Below are positions 1 to 7,410 of a stretch of DNA of 64,000 nt, one piece after another (position 1 is the first letter of the stretch; each line of letters begins with the position of its first letter). The notes under the pieces were generated by a model. It ran no database searches, was not told where the DNA came from, and saw only the letters and a list, made by a program, of their open reading frames with translations. Source of the DNA: Candidatus Rifleibacterium sp. (GTDB lineage Bacteria > Muiribacteriota > Ozemobacteria > Ozemobacterales > Ozemobacteraceae); the NCBI GenBank assembly GCA_035352635.1, contig DAOPYA010000009.1:1745-65744 (forward strand), read 5' to 3'. Made by a program: the position numbers and the translations under genes.

Positions 1-440
1 CTGGCTAAGAAGGGTTTCTTTAAAGACCACTGAAATGCCAAAACGCGTTGAATGGACGCTATCGGTGCCATCTGATCTTGAAGATCTGAATTCGACGCCG
101 GCCGACATTAAAAGGTTCTTTTTCAGCGACCAGGTAGAAACCGGCAGCAAGATCCTCAGCAATTACTAAGTGCCTCCTTGAATAATTTTTCTTAATTACA
201 AATACCGCAACAAAATAGAAATTTGCGCGTATTTTGGGAATAATTTGCTGCCAATCTAACTAACGCTAAAATGTCTTCACCCACACTGGAAAAATAAACT
301 TTTTTTATCTTGCCAGAAAATCAGCTTCACAACAGATGTTTGCACGGGATCGCCGCCTTAAGATGTTACTAACAATATACAACTGCACGCTAATTTGATA
401 TTATTTAGAGTGTGGTTGTGTGGTACAGGAGTAAAAGCTT

Positions 441-1034
441 ATGGATTACATAAAAACAATAACAGACATGCTTGAGCGGCAGAGCGGTATTGTTACAACC
501 GCTCAAGTAAGTGCCGCCGGGATTCCACGGCTTTATTTAAGTAAGATGACAGCTAAGAACCTTTTACGAAAGGTTGAACGCGGCATTTATGCTGCACCAG
601 AAGCATGGGAAGATGAAATGTTCCTTTTGCAATACAAATACAGCAAGGGGATCTTTTCACACGAAACAGCGCTTTATATCCACGGTTTTACCGACAGAGC
701 ACCAACAAGGTTTGTAATGACTTTTCCATATGGCTATCACGCTGAATCTATTGCCAGCACAAATATCAGAATGAAAAAGGTCGTTAAAAGCATATATGAA
801 CCTGGAATTGTCGAAGGGAAAACAGCGTTTGGCAACAAAATACGGCTTTATGACCTTGAACGCACTCTTTGCGACATTGTAAAGGGCAATAACAGCTGTG
901 ACATTCAGATTGTGAATCAAGCTATGAAACGATACGCGCTTTCAAAGGGAAAAAACATTTCACGCCTGCTTCAATATGCTGAACAGCTGCGAGTAAAGCC
1001 CAAAATACTTGCTTACATGGAGATCCTGCTGTGA
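441..1034 (+). CDS. AbiEi-family antitoxin (type IV toxin-antitoxin system)
   Basis: 197 aa. The N-terminal SGIVTTAQVSAAGIPRLYLSKM...VERGIYA fits the AbiEi wHTH pattern. The stop overlaps by 4 nt (GTGA) the start of the AbiEii-like frame at 1031. Confidence 0.8.
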   Translation: MDYIKTITDMLERQSGIVTTAQVSAAGIPRLYLSKMTAKNLLRKVERGIYAAPEAWEDEMFLLQYKYSKGIFSHETALYIHGFTDRAPTRFVMTFPYGYHAESIASTNIRMKKVVKSIYEPGIVEGKTAFGNKIRLYDLERTLCDIVKGNNSCDIQIVNQAMKRYALSKGKNISRLLQYAEQLRVKPKILAYMEILL

Positions 1035-2057
1035 TTACAAAGAACCCGATGCAGCTCAAAGCGATTATAAAAAAAAAAGCTGCGGAGAAGCACATTCCAG
1101 AACGCGCCAGAGTTGAGCCGATTCGGTCTAATCCGGGGCGCCTGCCAAGGCGAACCGGCATTAGATCGATTCGGCTCGAACGGGTTGATAGCCAGAGCGC
1201 GAAGCGCGTCGGCTGGCAAGCCGTTCGAGCGTAGCTCAACTCTGGCGCGATAGCGCAGAGCCGCGCTCGCGGTTCTGCGCTATCAACTGGTTATGCAGAA
1301 CTATATGCTTGAACGCCTGGTGGAACGAATTACGTTAACGAAATACCAAAGAAACTTTATTCTAAAGGGCGGCTTTTTAATCGGTGCCATTGTTGGGCTG
1401 GACACAAGAACAACAATGGATCTGGATGCCACGATAAAAGGGATTGAATTGTCGCATACGACCATAAGACTCGTTTTTGAAGAAGTCTGCCAGGTCAGGT
1501 TAGATGACGGTGTGACATTTGAAATCAGCAGCATCGATGACATAAGAGAAACTGATGATTACCCCGGTATTCGTGTGGGTTTGAAAGCCAATTACCCGCC
1601 GATCAGTGTACCGCTGTTCGTGGACGTGACAGCCGGCGATAAAATAACCCCTGAAGCCGTTGATTACAGGCTTAATTTGCTATTTGATGAGCGCAGCATA
1701 CAGGTAATGGCCTATAATCTTGAAACTTTGCTGGCCGAAAAAATTGAGACAGTTATCAGCCGCAACATTGCCAATACCAGGTCAAGAGATTTTTATGACA
1801 TTTACATACTTCATCGGTTGTATAAAAATCGCCTCAGCTCGGCCATTCTCAAGAAAGCAATAGAAGAGACGGCAACGAAACGGGGCAGCCTACCGGCTAT
1901 AAGAGCTTATAGAGATGCGATGCGGGATGTTGCTGCCAACGAAAGAATGAATGGATTCTGGAATAAATACCAGAAAGATTACGGTTATGCTGCAGGCATT
2001 CACTTCAATGAAATTTGCCGGCTAATCATCGACATTCTTAATGGGCTTGGCTTTTAG
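1031..2057 (+). pseudogene. AbiEii/AbiGii-family nucleotidyltransferase toxin, ORF interrupted by a 181-nt insertion
   Basis: The frame from GTG 1031 gives MITKNPMQLKAIIKKKAAEKHIPE and then nonsense. The family sequence resumes at 1284 in another frame (QLVMQNYMLERLVERITLTKYQRNFILKGGFL...) and runs to 2057. Removing 1103-1283 gives one ORF of about 281 aa. Confidence 0.75.
1103..1283. mobile_element. Non-coding nested-hairpin palindromic insertion (MITE/PATE-like), boundaries +/-2 nt
   Basis: Perfect 16-bp inverted repeat at 1103-1118 / 1234-1249. Perfect 10-bp stem at 1174-1183 / 1221-1230. Perfect 11-bp stem at 1249-1259 / 1274-1284. No ORF, and it lies inside a recognisable gene. Confidence 0.55.
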
Positions 2058-2088
2058 GAGGCCCCTGGGATTCGGTAGGGATTGCGCC
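2054..2088 (+). repeat. 35-bp repeat, copy 1 (ttaggaggcccctgggattcggtagggattgcgcc)
   Basis: It overlaps the TAG stop of the AbiEii gene. It recurs in direct orientation at 4753-4843, where it is split by a hairpin. Confidence 0.5.
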
Positions 2089-2333
2089 AAATCAATATCA
2101 GGCTGCCATGGCTTTTAAAACAGCTTCTGGCGCCCATGGCCCCAGTTTTGCATCTTGCCGATGCTGACGTCAGGTTGAAGTATACTCTGCGCCTACACGG
2201 TGTTGGCGAGCTTCCTTGGTGCTTGCAGAGTGTTGATTGACTTTTTTGCCAGGCATCAGGTAATTTTGCTTAGCGCACGTTTGCGGTCAGTTGGACTTCA
2301 AACCCCATATATGGAATTTTTTTTTCGTTAAAG

Positions 2334-2373
2334 TTGTATTGTTTTTATATACTATTGTATTGTTTTTATATAC
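2334..2373 (+). promoter_or_regulatory. Tandem 19-bp direct repeat (ttgtattgtttttatatac x2, 21-bp phasing), candidate operator
   Basis: The two copies at 2334-2352 and 2355-2373 are identical. The second ends 11 nt before ATG 2385 of the wHTH-nucleotidyltransferase gene. A TACAAT -10-like hexamer lies at 2371-2376. Confidence 0.5.
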
Positions 2374-2384
2374 AATATTGTTAG

Positions 2385-2969
2385 ATGAATATTTTAGCAG
2401 ATATATTTTCCTCGAAGACCAGAGCGGAGTTTTTTCGAATTTTATTCGGCTTAGACTCTGCGGAAGTTCATTTGAGGGAAATTGCAAGACAGTCTGGACT
2501 TACCATTGGAACTATCAGACAAGAAGCTGAAAAGTTACAAAGACTATCACTTATTTTAAAGCGCAAAGATGGGAACAGATCTTATTATAGGGCCAATAAG
2601 CAACACCCCCTATGTGATTTGATAAACAAAATGGTTTTACGAACAGTTGGCGTTATTGGCGTTTTAGAGAAGGAACTCAAAAAGTTTGACCTGGAATTTG
2701 CCTTTATTTTTGGTTCTGTCGCATCAGGGAAAAACCGATTAGAGAGCGACATCGATTTGTTTTTAATTGGCAATACAAGTTTAAGAGCAGTCAGTGCGAC
2801 AGTGAGTAAAGTTAGTCTTGAAATCAACAGAGAAATAAATGCTCATGTGATGAAGGCAGAAGAATTCCGGCGAAGGCAACTTGAAGCCGAGCACTTTGTT
2901 ACAAGGGTTCTGGAAACGCCAATCTTAATGATACTTGGAAAAGAAGATGAGCTTAGAAACATGGCTTGA
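2385..2969 (+). CDS. wHTH-fused minimal nucleotidyltransferase (MNT-type antitoxin candidate)
   Basis: 194 aa. The N-terminal ArsR-like wHTH reads LREIARQSGLTIGTIRQEAEKLQRLSLI. It is followed by the FGSVASG...SDIDLFL nucleotidyltransferase motif. Confidence 0.75.
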   Translation: MNILADIFSSKTRAEFFRILFGLDSAEVHLREIARQSGLTIGTIRQEAEKLQRLSLILKRKDGNRSYYRANKQHPLCDLINKMVLRTVGVIGVLEKELKKFDLEFAFIFGSVASGKNRLESDIDLFLIGNTSLRAVSATVSKVSLEINREINAHVMKAEEFRRRQLEAEHFVTRVLETPILMILGKEDELRNMA

Positions 2970-3393
2970 ATTTGGATGGATCAAGGCTCATAGAACCAGC
3001 AAACAAGAGATAGATTCTCTGTTTGCAATGATTGAGCGCGACTTAAAAGATTCCAAAGAAAGTAATGTTTCTGATGATTGGAAATTTGGAATCGCTTACA
3101 ATGCGGCTTTAAAGCTATGCACTGTTTTATTAAACGCTTCTGGCTATCGTGCAAATAGTTCATCTGCGCATCATTACACAATAAAAGCTTTGCCCTTGAT
3201 ATTAGGTGATAGCAGGAAAAAAGATGCAGATTATCTGGATCAGTGTCGGAGACTTCGAAATAAGGTTGAATACGATATGGTTGGTGGAGCAACTATTGAA
3301 GATATTAAAGATCTCATTGATTTTATTGAGGAATTCAGCATTGAAGTAAAGCAATGGCTCAAAGCCAATCATAAAGACATAGTAGATAAATAA
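2947..3393 (+). CDS. HEPN-like helical protein (toxin candidate partnered with MNT)
   Basis: ATG 2947 lies 23 nt inside the upstream gene; the ORF track start at 2935 is TTG. It is an all-helical protein of about 148 aa with CRRLRNKVEYD, resembling the HEPN R-x4-6-H region. It sits directly after an MNT gene. Confidence 0.55.
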   Translation: MSLETWLEFGWIKAHRTSKQEIDSLFAMIERDLKDSKESNVSDDWKFGIAYNAALKLCTVLLNASGYRANSSSAHHYTIKALPLILGDSRKKDADYLDQCRRLRNKVEYDMVGGATIEDIKDLIDFIEEFSIEVKQWLKANHKDIVDK

Positions 3394-3394
3394 T

Positions 3395-3733
3395 ATGATC
3401 CCAACCAGCAATCTGATGAGCGTCAAGTTCCGTGTCCCGGCCAAGAAGCTTGAAGATGAAAAAAATATTATTGCCGCGCTTGGCGGACAAATCGACGAAG
3501 AAGAAACTGATGATAGCATAGCCTGGGAGGAAGTTCTGCTTGACAGCCAACCGGGAAAGATTCTGCGTGCCCTGCGGTATCGCGATGGTAAGTCTCAAAA
3601 ATGGCTTTCAGAACAGCTTGGGATGAAACAGCCAAATGTTTCGGCAATGGAAAAGGGTGAAAGACCTATTGGCAAAAGCATTGCCAAAAAGCTTGGAGAG
3701 CTTTTCAATATTTCGTATAAGGTATTTCTCTAA
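3395..3733 (+). CDS. XRE-family helix-turn-helix protein
   Basis: 112 aa. The C-terminal KSQKWLSEQLGMKQPNVSAMEKGERPIGKSIAKKL is a typical Cro/C1 HTH. The ATG lies 1 nt after the upstream stop. Confidence 0.7.
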   Translation: MIPTSNLMSVKFRVPAKKLEDEKNIIAALGGQIDEEETDDSIAWEEVLLDSQPGKILRALRYRDGKSQKWLSEQLGMKQPNVSAMEKGERPIGKSIAKKLGELFNISYKVFL

Positions 3734-4027
3734 GTTTTCAATCGGCTTAAAACCCTCGTTTGAAAAGCCCAGAATAGTTTCATCACAGGGCATGACGTCG
3801 ACAACAACCGAGTTAATGCGCCAGCGGCAGATGATTGGCGGATCGTCATCGAGGATCTGATGACAGCCGGCTTTTCGCAAAGACTCTTCAAAATGGTGAA
3901 AGTCGCTTCGATTAGATGTTTCAATGATTACATCAACGTCTTTTGTCGGACGAATGCCGGCAAATGCGGTTTCAGTGATCAATAGTGAAACAACGGAACC
4001 GCCAAGAAAGACAACCTGGCTTCTCAA
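3608..4027 (-). pseudogene. Remnant of a nucleotidyltransferase-fold gene, apparently truncated at both ends
   Basis: The core VFLGGSVVSLL...RPTKDVDVIIE...PPIICRW...VVDVMPCDETILGFSN looks like a conserved NTase-fold protein. There is no ATG start: the frame is open upstream into the neighbouring gene. The 3' third is antisense to the XRE gene and reads as junk. Confidence 0.4.
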
Positions 4028-4101
4028 TTCAGGTGGCAGACCATAGCGAGCTGGTTGAAGTTTTTGTTGGCAGAATTGGCCTTGACCGACAGCTAAAAAA
4101 T

Positions 4102-4392
4102 TTATGCTGCCAAAGCTTTTAATACCGCGTCTGGCTGCAACTGAACAACTCGCAACAGTGCTTGAGCTGGCCCTACAGGCTTGCGGCGACCCTGTTCCCA
4201 GTTTTGCAGAGTTGCCAAGCTGACGCCGATCATTCTGGCAAATTCAGATTGAGATTTATGCAGGCTCTTGCGGAGTGCCTTTACATCAAGAGCGGTGAAC
4301 TCAAACACCCTGGAAGGCTTCATTTCGCCGCGTTTGATTTGAACAAACTGCTTTACACCCTCAACAAGTCTGTTAAAGTCTTTGTCTTTCAT
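4102..4392 (-). CDS. HTH (XRE/HigA-like) antitoxin
   Basis: 96 aa from ATG 4392 (MKDKDFNRL...). The HTH reads KSQSEFARMIGVSLATLQNWEQGRRKP. It overlaps the upstream toxin stop by 4 nt. Confidence 0.75.
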   Translation of the reverse strand: MKDKDFNRLVEGVKQFVQIKRGEMKPSRVFEFTALDVKALRKSLHKSQSEFARMIGVSLATLQNWEQGRRKPVGPAQALLRVVQLQPDAVLKALAA

Positions 4393-4706
4393 TTTGTTAC
4401 TCCCTTTACAAGCGATTTCAAGAGTTTTATTTGATCCTGAGTAAGATCTTCCTGGATGGATTTTTTGTATATAAAGACCAAATAAAGCTTTTGTGTCGAT
4501 TTTTCCCAAAAATAGATAACCCTGACCCCACCTCGTTTGCCTTTGCCGCCTTGTTTCCAACGCATTTTTCGGAAACCGCCGCTGCCTTGAATCAGGTCGC
4601 CGGTCTCTGGTTCAAGCAACAGTGTTTTCTGCATTTCCTTGTATTCATCGTCGGAAAGCAGTTCTAGCAAATCTTCGGTAAAGACTGGAATTTCTACAAA
4701 TATCAT
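4389..4706 (-). CDS. RelE/HigB-like type II toxin
   Basis: 105 aa from ATG 4706 (MIFVEIPVFTEDL...GFRKMRWKQGGKGKRGGVRVIYFW...LYLVFIYKK). Toxin-first gene order as in higBA modules. The upstream part of the ORF-track frame is low-complexity and was ignored. Confidence 0.75.
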   Translation of the reverse strand: MIFVEIPVFTEDLLELLSDDEYKEMQKTLLLEPETGDLIQGSGGFRKMRWKQGGKGKRGGVRVIYFWEKSTQKLYLVFIYKKSIQEDLTQDQIKLLKSLVKGVTK

Positions 4707-4712
4707 ACTTAT

Positions 4713-4741
4713 ATTATACGTCAATGACTGATAGACTGCAA
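4713..4741 (-). promoter_or_regulatory. Candidate sigma70 promoter giving a leaderless toxin mRNA
   Basis: On the minus strand: TTGCAG (4741-4736), a 17-nt spacer, then TATAAT (4718-4713), with ATG 4706 only 6 nt downstream. The 9-bp palindrome gtcaatgac (4720-4728) lies in the spacer. Confidence 0.4.
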
Positions 4742-4752
4742 CTGGTTTTGTC

Positions 4753-4843
4753 TTAGGAGGGCCCCTGGGGGCCGGTGGTCGGAAATTTGCCATCTGTGGC
4801 ATTTCCGACACTTGCCCTCCTGGGCTTCGGGAGGGACTGCGCC
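4753..4843 (+). repeat. 35-bp repeat, copy 2, interrupted by a 55-nt hairpin-bearing segment
   Basis: 4753-4769 (ttaggagggcccctggg) plus 4825-4843 (cttcgggagggactgcgcc) align to copy 1 with 3 mismatches and 1 indel. The intervening 4770-4824 contains the hairpin gtcggaaat..atttccgac (4778-4809). Confidence 0.5.
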
Positions 4844-4983
4844 TGCTGCTGATTGCCGGTCTTTTTTTCAGCAACCGGTTACGGGTGCTGGAACCCATGA
4901 CCTGTCACTATTGGCGGTGTATTTTTTGCAATATGGGGCGAGTTTGGTTATAATCAAGGCCGCAAATCAAAGGCCGGTGGGTT

Positions 4984-6225
4984 ATGACAACATTTTTACT
5001 CAGGTCGCTTGGCTGCAAGGTCAGCCAGTATGACGGTGAACGGGTCGCCGAAAAGCTTCGTCAAAACGGCTTGATGCCGGTCGAAGACTGCCCGGATATT
5101 TTTATTCTCAATGGCTGCTCAGTTACCGGCCGGGCTTCTCAGAAAGTCAGGCAGGCTCTGCGGGCTGCCCGGCGCAACTGGCCAGGGTGTCGGCTGGTGC
5201 TTGCCGGTTGTGAGGCACGCCTGGTTACGCAGCGTCACGAAGAATTGCCAGATGTTGACTGGCTGCTCAAAGACGGTGAAGCGGCTTCGATAGATGCGAT
5301 GCTGGCGGCGCTGGGCCTGGATGTAACTTCAGATAGTCGGCCGGCAGGTGGCTCAGGCCCGGTCAGTGCCAGAACCAGAGCTTTTCTGAAGATTCAGGAT
5401 GGTTGCAACCAGTTCTGTTCTTATTGCATTGTCGCGCATCTGCGCGGCGCTGAATGGTCGCGGCCGATCGACCAGGCGGTGGCCGAGGCCCGCGAACTGG
5501 TCGGCGAAGGCCATCGCGAACTTGTTTTGACCGGTATTCATATCGGGCATTTCAGGCCATCACTGCTGCATCTGCTGACGGAACTCGACAAAATCGCCGG
5601 TCTTGAGCGCATCAGGCTCAGCTCAATCGAATCGGTTGAAGTAACTGACGCCCTGATTGACTGGGTTGCCACTTCCCCAAAGGCCTGTAAGCATTTTCAT
5701 CTGCCGCTGCAGTCGGGTTGTGATAAAATTCTGGCCGCCATGCGCCGGCCTTATGGCGTTGCTGATTTTCGCACCGTAGTTGAGCGGATTCGCAGCAGAA
5801 TGCCTCTGGCAGCGCTGACCACCGATCTGATCGTCGGGTTTCCGGGTGAAACTGAAGCAGATTTTGCCGAGACCCTCAAATTTTTAGAAGAAATGCGGTT
5901 TTCACGTATCCATATTTTTCGGTTTTCGCCCCGGGATGGCACCCCAGCGGCAACTATGCCCGACCAGATCGACAATACCACCAAAGCCAGCCGGGCCGAC
6001 CGGGTTGAAAAGATCTGGCAGAACAGCGCGGCGGCTTATCATGGCTCGTTTGTCGGCCAACCGCTCGAGATCCTCTGGGAAACCATCGAGAATGATGAAT
6101 TGTGCGGCTTCTCGCGGGAATATGTGCCCTGCCGCCTTGCCGGCGCCGATGCCGGTCTGTTGAATCAGCTTAGCCTGGTTACTGGCTGCCGCCTGCACAA
6201 CGATTTTCTATATGTCAGCCGTTGA
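4984..6225 (+). CDS. mtaB: MiaB-family radical-SAM methylthiotransferase, MtaB-like
   Basis: 413 aa. N-terminal LGCKVSQYDGE. Radical-SAM motif CNQFCSYC. The TRAM-like C-terminus completes the typical MtaB layout. Confidence 0.8.
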   Translation: MTTFLLRSLGCKVSQYDGERVAEKLRQNGLMPVEDCPDIFILNGCSVTGRASQKVRQALRAARRNWPGCRLVLAGCEARLVTQRHEELPDVDWLLKDGEAASIDAMLAALGLDVTSDSRPAGGSGPVSARTRAFLKIQDGCNQFCSYCIVAHLRGAEWSRPIDQAVAEARELVGEGHRELVLTGIHIGHFRPSLLHLLTELDKIAGLERIRLSSIESVEVTDALIDWVATSPKACKHFHLPLQSGCDKILAAMRRPYGVADFRTVVERIRSRMPLAALTTDLIVGFPGETEADFAETLKFLEEMRFSRIHIFRFSPRDGTPAATMPDQIDNTTKASRADRVEKIWQNSAAAYHGSFVGQPLEILWETIENDELCGFSREYVPCRLAGADAGLLNQLSLVTGCRLHNDFLYVSR

Positions 6226-6369
6226 TCGGTGTTTTGCGGGTTGTCGCCGGTCAGTGAAAAACCTTTCGATGCATTTGCCGTTGTTGAGGTATACTCAGGC
6301 TTAAAAGAGCGACAGCCTGATGCCGCCTTTTGCATAAATTTAAGCTGGATAATCGTGGAGGAATTTCTG

Positions 6370-7341
6370 ATGTTAAAAAAACTCGTTCTCTGCTGCTTAT
6401 TTGCAGGTCTGGCATGCTGTCTGTTCGCTGCTGAACCAGAATCTGTCTATATTTCTGCAACTAATGTGCGCATCAGAGCCACACCCTCGACTGCCGCGCC
6501 TGTGGTGGCTACTCTCAAGCTTGGCACCAGTGGTAAAATAGCAGCAAAGACTCCCGAAAAATTCGACCTGCTCGGCAAGAACGATCACTGGTATCAGATA
6601 ACCACAGATGAAAAGCAGACTGGCTGGGTCTTTGGCGGGCTTGTTGTTCTTTATAATGAACCGGAGCGTTTTCAGAAAGCGATTGAACTGCTGAACAGCC
6701 GCCTGAAAATCGAAGACATCAAGGTTGAAGACGCAGCGCAGGCCTATGAATTCGCACGAAAAATGAAAGAACTGGCGCCGCATTCACCAGACAAAGCCAG
6801 ACTCGAGCTGGCTTTTCTTAAAGCGATTGATGCTTCGGTCAATTCTCTCATGCTGACTGAAAAAGATACCGGCCCCGGGAAAAAGATCATTGAAGCCAAC
6901 CCCGGCCTGGTCTATCAGCACGAGTGTGCCGGCCGCTGTTTTGTTAAACCTGAATCGTACTGGCAGCTATCTGAAAAATACGCAGACCTACCTGAAATGG
7001 CTGATGAAATCGCCTGGGAAGCCACAAAACAACCTCAGCAGGGCGAAACTGAGGGCGACCCCGATATGGTTCTGGCATTTTTTGAAGAATCAACAGCCGT
7101 TTACATCGAAAAGTTTCCGTCGGGGCGTTACATTGGTGAAGCATTTGCCCAGGGTTCAGAGATGTTCAAGTTTATCACCGACACCCTGACTGCTGATTAT
7201 TTTGCCGCCGACGCCGAGCGCCAGAAGTTTATCGCCAGGCTCGAAAAGCTCGAAAAGTCAGCCCGCCAGGCCCCGACCTCGCCTGCCCGGGAATCTTATA
7301 TAAACAACCTGGCTGCGGTGTGCGCCCGCGCCAGTAACTGA
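6370..7341 (+). CDS. Secreted protein with N-terminal SH3b-like domain
   Basis: ATG 6370 is preceded by GGAGGA. Signal peptide MLKKLVLCCLFAGLACCLFAA. The SH3b-like segment reads ATNVRIRATPSTAAPVVATLKLGT...WYQI...GWVFGGLV. Confidence 0.55.
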   Translation: MLKKLVLCCLFAGLACCLFAAEPESVYISATNVRIRATPSTAAPVVATLKLGTSGKIAAKTPEKFDLLGKNDHWYQITTDEKQTGWVFGGLVVLYNEPERFQKAIELLNSRLKIEDIKVEDAAQAYEFARKMKELAPHSPDKARLELAFLKAIDASVNSLMLTEKDTGPGKKIIEANPGLVYQHECAGRCFVKPESYWQLSEKYADLPEMADEIAWEATKQPQQGETEGDPDMVLAFFEESTAVYIEKFPSGRYIGEAFAQGSEMFKFITDTLTADYFAADAERQKFIARLEKLEKSARQAPTSPARESYINNLAAVCARASN

Positions 7342-7410
7342 TTATTCAACAAACCGCCGGCTGCATATCTGGCAAACTCTCGTGTTGGCGACCGCTGTGG
7401 CGAATCGGTC

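Noticed and set aside
2-169. Open frame running in from the left window edge (...STPADIKRFFFSDQVETGSKILSNY stop)
   Set aside because: Only 55 codons are visible and no recognisable family. It may be the 3' end of a gene, but that cannot be supported from this fragment.
410-424. Short direct repeat gtgtggt-t-gtgtggt upstream of abiEi, considered as an AbiEi operator
   Set aside because: The two 7-mers overlap the RBS region, are too short to distinguish from chance, and are not the inverted-repeat type described for AbiEi.
1103-1283. Possibility that the AbiEii insertion is a group I intron or a known small ribozyme
   Set aside because: At 181 nt it is below the size of the smallest group I introns I know. 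I could not recognise P3-P7-type core elements or hammerhead/twister-type conserved nucleotides. The idea is kept only as something to test by covariance-model scan.
2334-2373. CRISPR-like appearance of the repeated 19-mer
   Set aside because: There are only two copies, separated by 2 nt. There are no spacers and no cas genes in the window.
4389-4898. N-terminally extended ORF-track frames (4389-4898, 4102-4560, 6229-, 7981-, 22154-, 23550-25139, 40030-, 45798-46655, 52952-53422)
   Set aside because: The upstream extensions are low-complexity or overlap neighbouring genes. Internal ATGs with an RBS and/or signal peptides give proteins of family-typical length.
4812-5033. 73-aa ORF upstream of and overlapping the mtaB start
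   Set aside because: It lies across the repeat/hairpin region and the mtaB 5' end, and it has no RBS or motif.
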